Assembly: GCA_026936335.1 (NCBI GenBank)
Contig: JAPMXV010000045.1
Span: 124,001 to 188,000, forward strand
Length of the DNA: 64,000 nucleotides
From: Mantamonas sphyraenae STR306
Lineage: Eukaryota > Protista > CRuMs
Reading direction: 5' to 3'
The translations under genes and the position numbers were made by a program. This document shows, piece by piece, positions 33,374 to 43,366 of this stretch (positions within the stretch are counted from its first letter, which is position 1; every line of letters starts with the position of its first letter). Below the pieces are notes generated by a model that saw only the letters and a program-made list of their open reading frames with translations, did not search any database and was not told the DNA's origin.

Positions 33374-36300
33374 TCACTCATCCCCACCTCCACCCTCTTC
33401 AACCACCATCCCATGATCTTGTGGACCCTCGACCGCCTTCCTTCGTGACTTGAGTTTCTCCAGCACCAGCTTCTTTGCCGTTTCTTGCTTCTTCTTTTTG
33501 GGATTGCGGCTGGAGAACGACAGGGGCTCCTTGCCAAAAAGCCATAGATGCAGTTGCCTCACAAGGATCCCCTGTGCTCCTCTGACGTCCCTGTCGGAGA
33601 GGGGCGTGATTCCTCCGGCTTCGTGGGCCATGTGATACATCAGCGTGTGCTTGTTGTGGTGGTTGCGGCTGATGGCACAATGAGGGCAAGTCACAACCCT
33701 GTCCCATCTCGAGAGACTGAACCCATGCGGGTGTGCAATGCCACCTCCACAGATGCATGTACTGGAAGTCATCCACTCTGCCACGTCGGCCCAGATCATG
33801 TGTCTTGCGAAAGCGTGATGGATGCGTGTGCTGAGGGACAAACCTCCGTAGAACTTCGACTGCGCAAGGTAGATCATGTTGTGCAGGCCAAATTCGCCCA
33901 TCACGTTCCTCACGGACCTTACCGTGCGCAGAACATATCTCTCCAGCACATCACGCCCGTGTCGCCGCAACTGCCCGTACTTTTTCGGCTCGTCCTCCTT
34001 CATCACTTTGGCCAGTCGGTGCAGATGCATTTTTTCCCTGAGGTCCCGATGTGAGGGGAAGGGCAGTTTCCTTTGCCTCAATCTCCCCTGGTGCCAAAAG
34101 AAAACCACCAAGGTGTCACTGCCTCGGCCTATGTCGTTCACCAGAAACACTGTGTTCGCGATCAACCGTGTAGCCTCATCATGGTCTCTCACCGTAATCT
34201 GCTTCTTGAAGCGCACGTCGATGCGCCCGTTGCGCTTCGGCTTCCCCAGGTGCCGGAACCCGAGCTGCTGGCCAAGTGCGTCTTCAACCTCCTTGCCCAG
34301 CCCACACACGTGTGCCACGGTACACACAGTAACGAGCTTTTTCACCAGCTGTCGCTGTCGATCCTTGCTCCACTGGGAGTGGCTTTTGCTGCCTTGGTGT
34401 TGTGTCGCGTCTTGGTCATCACTCTCGTATCGTCGTTCCTTGGCCGCTTCCATCGGCTCGCTGCTCTCTCCCATGTCCACAATGTCTTCCTCGCCTGCGT
34501 CATCCAGTTTGGCCCGCTTGGTGTCCTGGAGCGATGGTGGCTGCGGCTGCAGCTCGTGTTCCTCGCTCTCGTCCTCGTCTTCCTCGCGTTTCTTCTTCTT
34601 CCCCTTGCCAACGTCCTCCTTGTCCTTGTTCTTGGTCTTGGCACGCATGGCTGCAGCCGCTCCGGACACCTCTTTCTTTCTCACCTCTTTCTCAGCCCTG
34701 TCAATTGCTGCCTCCAGAGACTTCAGTGGTCGCAACATTTCACACAAATCTGCACCCAATGTGCCACCTCCGACGGTGCTCGGGCGGTACACCACCAGAC
34801 GAATCGGACGCTCGTGTTGGATAGTGATGCCACCTCCCCACTGCTTCAGGGTGTTGGATTGCATGGAGTCCACCAAGGTAGGCCAGAGCAGCAAAAGCGG
34901 CAACAGTGCACGCGTCTCTGGGCCAATCACCTTGGCTCTTGGGTTGTTGTTCAGTGCCGGCAGGCGCCAGACCCTGGACTGTTCAAACTTCATGACGACC
35001 ATGAAGATGGCACTGTGTGTGCAAATGTCCTCCATCACCACATCATCCCATTTTTCCTCTGCTGCACCCTGCGTGCTTGCTTGCAAATCAACGTTGTGAT
35101 GCTTTGCCCAGCTGTTGAATAGAGGTGCCAGCCCCCCCTGCCAAAGGGTCCCGGTGATGGTGAAGGATTTCGACGTTGATGCGAAATGTCGCCCCGCCTG
35201 GGCGTATGCACGAATCTCCTCCGGCGTCACGTTCTCCTTTTCCGTCCTTTTCTTCTTCAGAAACTCGCGATACGTGTAGCGCTCGTCCAGGCCCTGAAGC
35301 ACATCCACGTACTCGATGTAGTCCGTCTTGTAGAGCGCACGAACGTGTGCGTTCCACTCCTCCCACGTTCGCCTTGCCTCACCGCGGCGCTCTAGCTTCT
35401 TCCACTCTTTCAAACCGCACCCCGTGAATGATACACCGGCCTTCTGCAATGCCCTCGTGGTACCCTTGATCGAGAAGCCCAGATGGGCAGAGACGGTCGC
35501 CGTTGCAACTTTCATCAGGTGCGCATGAGTTGGCTCCCCGTTGCTGTGCCGCCTGCAGTCCTCCATGACCTCGCCGAAACGTACCGCGACTTGGTGCTTG
35601 GTCATGTCAGCCCGCAGCTCACTTGTACACCATTGAACCACAGTTGCCAGAAGGTTCCCAGTCAACGCAGTGACGCCCTCTCTCAGCCAGGATGGGCGAA
35701 CGCTCTCTGCCGCTTTGCGTACAGCTTGTTCCGATGGCAGGACGCTGGTAGCACCACCTCCTGTGATGGCAGTGTTGATACCATCGACGACAACTCCCTT
35801 GACGTCGTCGAGGAACACGGCCAGATCGTCACCGAATCGCTGAAGCAGATCAGGCGGTCGCCTTGCTGGCACAGATGCCGTGTGGCTGTTTGCATGTGAT
35901 CTTTCGACCTCGTGTATCTCCTTGTGCCGCAACACCGTTGTCGGATCTCTTCCCACGTGTGCATCGAGCTCAACTTTCAGCTGCGTCACCCGGTGCAGCA
36001 GCTGCTGTACCACGAGGCTGTCCTCCTCTTCGTCGCCAGTGCCATCCAAGCTCTCACTCAGCTCCATTTCCTCACCGTCATTGGTGCTGTGTGAGTCCTG
36101 CTCGTCCTCCTCCGGGTCCAACAAAACGATGTCGTCCGCATCGCCTTCCTCCTGCTGTTGCGTGTCCATGTGGACTTCCATCGTTCTGAACACACGCCTA
36201 TTGTCCTCGCACAAGAACGCGTGAGGCGTGATATCGTGTGCACGTACTTTACGCGCTTCACCGTTCTCCTGCACCACGCGAATGCGCACAACTTCCTTCT

Positions 36301-38407
36301 CTTTCACGTGCTCTATCTCGCGCTTGCCTGGGATCTCCATGCTGGTGTTCCACTCAGACAGTGGGGCTGTAAAGTCGTACAACACGCCACGCGAAAGGAA
36401 ACAAGCCGCGTCTGCGAGGTGCTGCTTGATCAGTGCGTTGTCCCTCTGAAACGTGTCCCCTTCCAGCTGCATGTACTGCTCCACCGTCCACGCACCGTGT
36501 GGCTCCACACCATTCATGTCTTGCACCGTTTGCGCCTGCAGTAGAGCCAAATTCCGCTCTAGCTGCTTCCGTTTGCGCCCAACACACAGAAGCGCAGGTA
36601 CCTGCTCCGGGTTGTCCTTGAGCGTGGCGTAGATGGATCTGCGTTCCGCGGGTTTGAACGTCGGTGCAGTCATCCCCGCATACATCCCCGTGACCACGCT
36701 GCCGTGGAAGGCCCTGCCAATGTCCCGCCGCTGCATGGTCCGCATCCAAAATTTTGTGTGTCCCACGTCCTGGTCCACAACCTCGTCCACAACCTCCACC
36801 AACATCTCGTCGGCCTCCACCTCGTCCATCCCATCCAACATCTCCACCACCACAACCTCGCCCTCCTCTTCACCCCCCTCATCCGCCTCATTCTCTTCGT
36901 TCCTGGAATCCGCTTCCACACGTGTCCGTTCGTCCGTGTCCTCCACCACAACCACAACGCCTCCCTCCTCCTCTTCCTCCTCTTCCTCCTGCGTCTCAAC
37001 GGCGTCGATGTCGACGTCGGCCAGCTTGGCAAAAAGCCGTGGTTCCGTTACGTTGACCATGAAGAGATCCTGCTGGCAGCCCTTGCTGTACATCATTGTT
37101 TCGGCCTTTGCATTGGATGACACCATGGCAATGCAATGGGTGCTGCTCTGTAGCAGCTCGTCCAAGGAGATCAGGCGCTCTTCCGCCACAACACTCGTCA
37201 AAAACTCCAATCCCAAGGCAACTGCGGCCTCTCTCGCAGCAAGCACTTTTGCTTTCTTCTTGTGCTTTGCGTTTGGGTCCTGGAGCACAGAGGCGGTGAC
37301 ATGAGCCGTGAGGTCGGAACAGAACTGTTTCTGCTCGCCCACACAAACGTTGGTTCCGTTGCAGCGCTCCTCCAAGGAAGAGACTGTCCGCACAAAGCAG
37401 ACGGGCAGGTCCGATGCCTGCAAAATCTCTTCCAGCTGGTCTGCAAGGACTGTGCCCGTTTCGTTGAACACGAGGGGTGTGCTCACAGGACCTGAACGAT
37501 CGACGTGCTGAACTGCAAACACGTTGCAGTCCACCACGATGCCGTCGCAATCACAGACCTTGCTCTTGATGGTGTCCAGGTCTGCGGCGGTGTGTTGGGG
37601 TGTGTTGAAAATGTCTCGCGCCTTGGCCAATCCGCGCCTCTTCCCTTCAGTCGGCTGTTGCTTCAACTCGCTGGCCACATTGACAATCCCATCGTACGTT
37701 GCGAGTTGTTCTTCCACCATCGTACCCAAGGCTTCGATTAGGGCGTTCTTGTTCAACTTGGAGGGCACGAGAGATGCAAAGAATTCATGGCCAGCCACTT
37801 TCCGGCTACCACTTCTGCTTCCGCTGCTCGAGCTGGATGGCTTGGTCGTGTCTGACAAATTCGTCTCCTGTGCTCCCCAGTTTCTCTTGTATGCCACCAC
37901 CACTTCCATCAACGTCTCATTCTTGTTCTGGCTCAGTACGTGGGCAAAACCTTGCTGCGTGATTTCGTCAGCTGGCTGTTCGGCGTCGCCGTCTCCATGC
38001 ACGCTCATCAGCGCTTTAATGTCCTTGTGAACAAGGGAGTCCACTTTAAGCCGTTTCTTGCTCCACCTCAGGAACGTGGTTACGGTCACGGTCTCTGTGG
38101 CCCTCTTGGCAAGAGTCTCGACGCCACCCCGCAGACTCGTCGCCGCAGCGCACTTAAGAAGAGCCACCAGGGCTTCTTTGGTCAACTCCTGCACTTGCTC
38201 TTTGCTGACATATTGTACGCCGTCGTCTTCGTCGTCGTCGTCGTCTTCGTCGTTCGATCTGCCGGCTACACCAGTGGCATACTCGACAACAGGTGGTTCA
38301 GGCGGGTCTGTCGGCGTGGTGAAGACTAGATCGATGTGTCCGAGATCTTCTTGGGCACTCCGCAGCCGAGGAACCTGCTCAACAAGCTTCTGCAACTCGT
38401 CTTCCAT
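33374..38407 (-). CDS. Giant Fanzor (eukaryotic TnpB-like RNA-guided nuclease), 1677 aa, intronless
   Basis: RuvC-I VFLVNDIGRG; alternative-Glu RuvC-II DVAEWMTSSTC; Zn ribbon CIC..CPHC; RuvC-III SDRDVRGAQGIL; Lys-rich NLS-like motifs (GKKKKR, PKKKK). Confidence 0.8.
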   Translation of the reverse strand: MEDELQKLVEQVPRLRSAQEDLGHIDLVFTTPTDPPEPPVVEYATGVAGRSNDEDDDDDEDDGVQYVSKEQVQELTKEALVALLKCAAATSLRGGVETLAKRATETVTVTTFLRWSKKRLKVDSLVHKDIKALMSVHGDGDAEQPADEITQQGFAHVLSQNKNETLMEVVVAYKRNWGAQETNLSDTTKPSSSSSGSRSGSRKVAGHEFFASLVPSKLNKNALIEALGTMVEEQLATYDGIVNVASELKQQPTEGKRRGLAKARDIFNTPQHTAADLDTIKSKVCDCDGIVVDCNVFAVQHVDRSGPVSTPLVFNETGTVLADQLEEILQASDLPVCFVRTVSSLEERCNGTNVCVGEQKQFCSDLTAHVTASVLQDPNAKHKKKAKVLAAREAAVALGLEFLTSVVAEERLISLDELLQSSTHCIAMVSSNAKAETMMYSKGCQQDLFMVNVTEPRLFAKLADVDIDAVETQEEEEEEEEGGVVVVVEDTDERTRVEADSRNEENEADEGGEEEGEVVVVEMLDGMDEVEADEMLVEVVDEVVDQDVGHTKFWMRTMQRRDIGRAFHGSVVTGMYAGMTAPTFKPAERRSIYATLKDNPEQVPALLCVGRKRKQLERNLALLQAQTVQDMNGVEPHGAWTVEQYMQLEGDTFQRDNALIKQHLADAACFLSRGVLYDFTAPLSEWNTSMEIPGKREIEHVKEKEVVRIRVVQENGEARKVRAHDITPHAFLCEDNRRVFRTMEVHMDTQQQEEGDADDIVLLDPEEDEQDSHSTNDGEEMELSESLDGTGDEEEDSLVVQQLLHRVTQLKVELDAHVGRDPTTVLRHKEIHEVERSHANSHTASVPARRPPDLLQRFGDDLAVFLDDVKGVVVDGINTAITGGGATSVLPSEQAVRKAAESVRPSWLREGVTALTGNLLATVVQWCTSELRADMTKHQVAVRFGEVMEDCRRHSNGEPTHAHLMKVATATVSAHLGFSIKGTTRALQKAGVSFTGCGLKEWKKLERRGEARRTWEEWNAHVRALYKTDYIEYVDVLQGLDERYTYREFLKKKRTEKENVTPEEIRAYAQAGRHFASTSKSFTITGTLWQGGLAPLFNSWAKHHNVDLQASTQGAAEEKWDDVVMEDICTHSAIFMVVMKFEQSRVWRLPALNNNPRAKVIGPETRALLPLLLLWPTLVDSMQSNTLKQWGGGITIQHERPIRLVVYRPSTVGGGTLGADLCEMLRPLKSLEAAIDRAEKEVRKKEVSGAAAAMRAKTKNKDKEDVGKGKKKKREEDEDESEEHELQPQPPSLQDTKRAKLDDAGEEDIVDMGESSEPMEAAKERRYESDDQDATQHQGSKSHSQWSKDRQRQLVKKLVTVCTVAHVCGLGKEVEDALGQQLGFRHLGKPKRNGRIDVRFKKQITVRDHDEATRLIANTVFLVNDIGRGSDTLVVFFWHQGRLRQRKLPFPSHRDLREKMHLHRLAKVMKEDEPKKYGQLRRHGRDVLERYVLRTVRSVRNVMGEFGLHNMIYLAQSKFYGGLSLSTRIHHAFARHMIWADVAEWMTSSTCICGGGIAHPHGFSLSRWDRVVTCPHCAISRNHHNKHTLMYHMAHEAGGITPLSDRDVRGAQGILVRQLHLWLFGKEPLSFSSRNPKKKKQETAKKLVLEKLKSRRKAVEGPQDHGMVVEEGGGGDE

Positions 38408-39253
38408 GTGTTTGTTTTACTTGGTGGGATGCGGGGGAAACCGGCTCCGGATACCCACGTGTTTGGCCACAAGAGAACACGGGCAGTCTTTGCATACTGA
38501 ACATGGCCCATATTGGTGGACGACCATTCATTGCTGACCACCACGTCCTGACCCCGGGACTCCCTCTTGACAATGCTGCACGCGCCCGCCTCTTCAACGT
38601 CGCTCAACGTGACCATGGCCTCAGTCGTCGTTCCCATCGAGCAATCACTTCGTGGCGCACCTTGTTCACCTTGTCGTACACAGCGTCGACTACGATCACC
38701 TGGTCCCCCGCGGACAGAGTGCTCACAATCGTTTCCAACGTCACGCCCGGGAAGGGTCGGTGTTGGCATGTGTAGGCCCATCACGACCGCATGGACTCTC
38801 TCTTTTGCAAGCAAGCGGGTGCAAGACGCCTACGCACAGGCATTTTGCATTGAAATGTGCCGGCGCGAGATGCCTGTTGTTGATGTGCAGCAATTGATGC
38901 AACGCTCATCCGCGGTCTAAATATCCCCCTGGCGCCTCATACACCAAGAGTGTGGACATGGGGAAGCGCAAAAGGGAATAAATTTGCAACTTACGCCATG
39001 ATACAAGTGTCAACGGGGTTGCTGGTGCCCCTGTGACCCGCTAGAGGCTGTCCATGCCACCTATTGGCAGCGTGTCCATCGTGCACGTCACAACATCGCA
39101 TCCAATGGCGAGGCATGTCAAAAGCAACACTGACATCAGCTTTCCGGTTGAAAATACGGTTTGAATGATCGCTGGCGTTGATTTTGTTGGAGCGCGAGGG
39201 GCGCCAGGAGTGTGCACAGTGCCCTGACAACGACAATCAATACACAAGGACAG

Positions 39254-40458
39254 ATGAGCAGCACTGAAGGGAAGAGCAACCTGATTGATGGCAAGGCCAT
39301 GGCACAGGAGATCCGCAAGGAGATTGCAGACATGGTGGAGGGCATGGAGGTGAAGCCTGGTCTGGCTGTGGTTCTTGTGGGGGAGCGGTGAGTGAGTGAG
39401 AGTGTGGGCGAGACGACTGTGCATACATTGTTCCTTCTCTCTCTCACACACACACACGTGCTGTTGTCTCCATGCTGCTCACACAGCAAGGACTCGCAGG
39501 TGTATGTGCGCATGAAGAAGCGTGCGGCAGAGGCAGCCGGATTCACGCACATCGATGTGTTGTTGCCCGACACCGTTTCCCAGGAGGTACGTTGGGAGGG
39601 AGGGAGGCAGGGAAGGAGGAGGCAGGGAGAACCTCCACAAAGGAGAACGGGGGCAATGGCATGCCGTCATTGTGAGACCCACCCACACATTGCAATGGAC
39701 AGCAGAGTGCGGGAGAGGGAAGAGGGCCACATGGACTCACCGGTCACCCTGCAATGCGTGTGTGTGCGTGTGTCATGCAAATCATCCAAACACAGGATCT
39801 GGAGGCAGAAGTGGACAAGCTGAATGCGGATGAGTCTGTGCACGGAATCCTTGTGCAGCTGCCGCTGCCGGATCACATTGACGAAAAGGCGGTGACGTCG
39901 CGCATCTCGGTGGAGAAGGACGTGGACGGATTCGACCCGCTGAACATTGGCAGCTTGGCACTGAAGGGTCACACGCCTCTGGCAGAGTCGTGCACACCCA
40001 AGGGCTGCATCGAGATGTTGAAGAGGAGCGGGGTCACGATTGAAGGGGCGCGGGCGGTGGTGATTGGCCGTTCCAACATTGTGGGCATCCCCGTGGCACT
40101 GATGCTCAACAACCTGAATGCCACGGTGACGATTTGCCATTCGAGGACAAAGGACATGGAGGAGATTGTGAAGCAGGCGGACATTGTGATTGCGGCGGTG
40201 GGCAAGGCCAACTATGTGCAGGGGGAGTGGATCAAGGAGGGCGCCACCGTGATTGATGTGGGCATCAACTCTGTCGATGACGACACAAAGAAGAACGGAT
40301 ACCGTCTGGTGGGCGACGTGGACTTTGAGAGTGCCAGCAAGGTTGCCGGGCTCATCACCCCGGTGCCAGGAGGCGTTGGCCCAATGACCATTGCCATGCT
40401 GCTCAAGAACACCCTCAACGCAGCACGTCGCCAACAGGGTTTGGAGCTGATGGACTAA
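39254..40458 (+). CDS. folD: Methylenetetrahydrofolate dehydrogenase/cyclohydrolase, 3 exons
   Basis: [50 protein letters not shown] and [16 protein letters not shown]. Confidence 0.95.
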
Positions 40459-40463
40459 GAGAG

Positions 40464-40495
<32 letters not shown>

Positions 40496-40631
40496 AGATT
40501 TGGTGTCAGTGTGATGTGTGTGTGTGCGGCGCGCAGCGCAATGCGCGATTCGAGGCAGAAGAAACGGCCGAAACCCACCCAGCTCTCTCTCTCGCTCCCC
40601 ACACCGTCACACACACACAACTGCAGCGCGA

Positions 40632-43271
40632 ATGAGCAGGCGGCAAGGCCAACGAACGTTGAGCAAATTGTCTTCGGATGTGGTGCAATCGGCGCTGCAG
40701 TCGAAGAAGGGCGTGAAAAAGACGCAAGCAAGAGTGTCGTTGAAGCAGGTGGATGTGCTGCACGACGACGACGACGACGACGCCGTGCTGCGTTCCCTGC
40801 AATCAGACCCAACCACCAGTCGCAACGGGTCGCCCGTGGGTGGCATGTACTCGCCGTGGGCGTCTCCGTTTGCCTCACCCTTTGGCAGCACAAGTGCCTC
40901 GCCCGTGGGCGGCGCCTCAGATGCAGGCACCGACAGCGAGGGTTCGTCCGGCGGAGCCGCCGTGCGAGGCACCATCGAGGCAGTCAACGCCAAATTGGGT
41001 GTTTTGAATCTGGACAAGCTGAACACAGAGGGACAGGAGGGCAGCAGCAGCAGCAGCAGCGGAGGCGGAGGCGGAGGCGGAGGCGGAGGCGGAAGTGTGT
41101 TGCAGCACCTGCACGCGCGGCACTCGCAGAGCCACAGCGAGCGTCTGTTGGCAGAACGGCAGATGGCGGCGTTTGAGGAGGAGCTGTTGAAGGAACGCAA
41201 GGGAGTGGTTCGGTTTGCAGTGCATCAGGAGGAGGCAACGGGCACAAACGACGAGGGCCAGTTTGTGTGCGACATCCAGTCGTTGTTCCTGGCGCTGGAC
41301 GTGGAGGGCAAGGGCACTGTGTCCCTGCGCTCCATCATCCGGGTGCTGCAACAGGCCGGCCTCAAGTGGATGAACGACCCACGTCTGTCCTCCCTGCGTT
41401 CGCGCATCCTGCACTTCAACTCGCTGGACACCGAGCTGAGCCCGCAGCAGTTTTCCGAGCTGATTGATCGCCAGTGGCTTTTTGCACGCGCGTTCACGGG
41501 CCACCTGGTCATTCCCAACATTGCCAGCTTTGCGCATACCCTGCAGGACATCTATGACAAGACAAAGGCTATGAAACTAGAGGGCGATGTGGCGCAATAC
41601 GTGAGTGCAGGCCCCCGGTTGCGTTGCGACCATGCAACGGCCGACCGTTTTGCTCTCCTTTTTCCTACGAAGCTGGCCCCAGGTGGCAAGGTTCCAACTC
41701 TCACACATTGCTCACATACACACAACACACGCGCGCGCACACATACACACACTCCATACACACACACACGCACACAGGTCAAGTCGCTGTCGACAAAGGA
41801 TCCGAGCAAGTTTGCGGTGAGCGTTTGCACGGTGGACGGGCAGCGCTTCTCGCTGGGCGATGCGGAAGAGCCGTTTTCGTTGCAGGCGTGCTTCACACCC
41901 TTCCTGTACTGTGCGGTGTTGGACCAGTTGGGACGGCGCAAAACACACAAACACGTGGGCCACGACCCGGCGCCGGCGGGGAAGCTGTTTGAACTGAACG
42001 CCAACCAGTTGCCGCACAATCCACTGATCAACAGCGGGGCACTGATGATGTGTTCCATGTACAAGCCACAACTGCGCACGAGCCAACGCTATTCGGACAT
42101 GGTGACGTTGCTTCAGAGGCTGGCGGGCAACAGCAAGATTGGGTTTGACAACGCCCTCTTTCTGGAGGAGTATGCCAACAACAGCCGAAGCTCCTGTCTG
42201 GCATACATGCTGGAGGAGGCAGGTGCGTTCCCACGTGGCACCGACATCAACAGCACGCTGGAGCTGTACTTTCAGTGCTGTGCGTTGGAGGTGTCGACGC
42301 CCGACGTGGCAGTGATGGCCGCGACGCTGGCCAATTCCGGCACCTGTCCGCTGACCAACACCAAGTTGTTCAAGAGCACCCACGTGCGCGACTGCCTGTC
42401 CATGATGCTGACGTGTGGGATGTACGACTACTCCGGGGAGTGGGCGTACAGCATTGGCATCCCGGCAAAGGCCGGTGCCTCTGGGTGTGTGTTTGTGGTG
42501 GTGCCCCGTGTGATGGGCATTTGCATTTATTCGCCCGTGCTGGTGTCGGAACGGGCCAACAGCGCACGTGCCGTGCAGTTCTGCGAGGGGCTGGTGGAAC
42601 AGTTCCAATTGCACCAGTACGACTCTGTGTTGTCGTCGTCCAACACGCTCAAGGTCGATCCCACAGTGACTGTGTACGAACGCACCCACTTCTACTCCAT
42701 GCAACTGCTCTTTGCCGCTCTGGAAGACGACGTCCCGGAAATGCGACGTCTCCTGTCCACCGGTGTCAACGTCAACTGCATTGATTACGACATGCGCACC
42801 CCGTTGCACAACGCCACCATGGCCGGCAACAAACGAGCCGTCAAGTTTCTGCTGCGACGTGGCGCCAACGCACTCGCCACCGATCGTTGGGGACGCACGC
42901 CGCTGGACGAGGCCCAGGATCACAACCAAAGTGTCATCCACACGCTGCTCAAGGAGCACGTGGACAGGTCCCAGGACAAGGACTCGCAACAGCGTGTCAT
43001 CAACAGTCGCAGCAACTCCATCAGCGGCCGTGGCATGGTGCCCTCCCTCAGCACAAGCGACTCCACCCTCTCTGCCATGGGCATCCGCGACCAGCACGAA
43101 CTCGACACATGGCATTACAAGCACAAAACAACCACGGCAGGTGACAGCAGCAGCAGCAGCAGCAGCAGTAGCAAGGCACAAGCGCGAGTTCAGGCTGCAT
43201 CCCACAGCAGCGCACGTCCCACCCCTCCGCGACAACTCGCACGCAACACATCCTACGGACGCCGTCGCAAC

Positions 43272-43321
<50 letters not shown>

Positions 43322-43334
43322 ACAAGAACAGTAG
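40632..43334 (+). CDS. Glutaminase-like protein (EF-hand-like N-terminus, glutaminase domain, ankyrin repeats, poly-Q tail) with a degenerate catalytic motif
   Basis: FAVSVCTVDGQR, PHNPLINSGAL, CGMYDYSGEWA, IPAKAG and ankyrin DYDMRTPLH/DRWGRTPLDEA. In-frame intron at about 41601-41777. Confidence 0.9.
43275..43322 (+). repeat. (CAG)n trinucleotide tract encoding C-terminal poly-Gln
   Basis: Uninterrupted cag/caa run just before the glutaminase-like stop codon. Confidence 0.9.
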
Positions 43335-43366
43335 GATGGGATGGGAATGCAGAATGATTCATGAAC

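Noticed and set aside
38326-38814. 162-aa ORF as the Fanzor-associated transposase
   Set aside because: Non-ATG start and no DDE, HUH, serine- or tyrosine-recombinase motif visible.
33040-39240. Terminal inverted repeats or a TSD for the Fanzor element (tgtccac/gtggaca, tcattc/gaatga, ccctga)
   Set aside because: The matches are only 6-7 bp and expected by chance, so no mobile-element boundaries are called.
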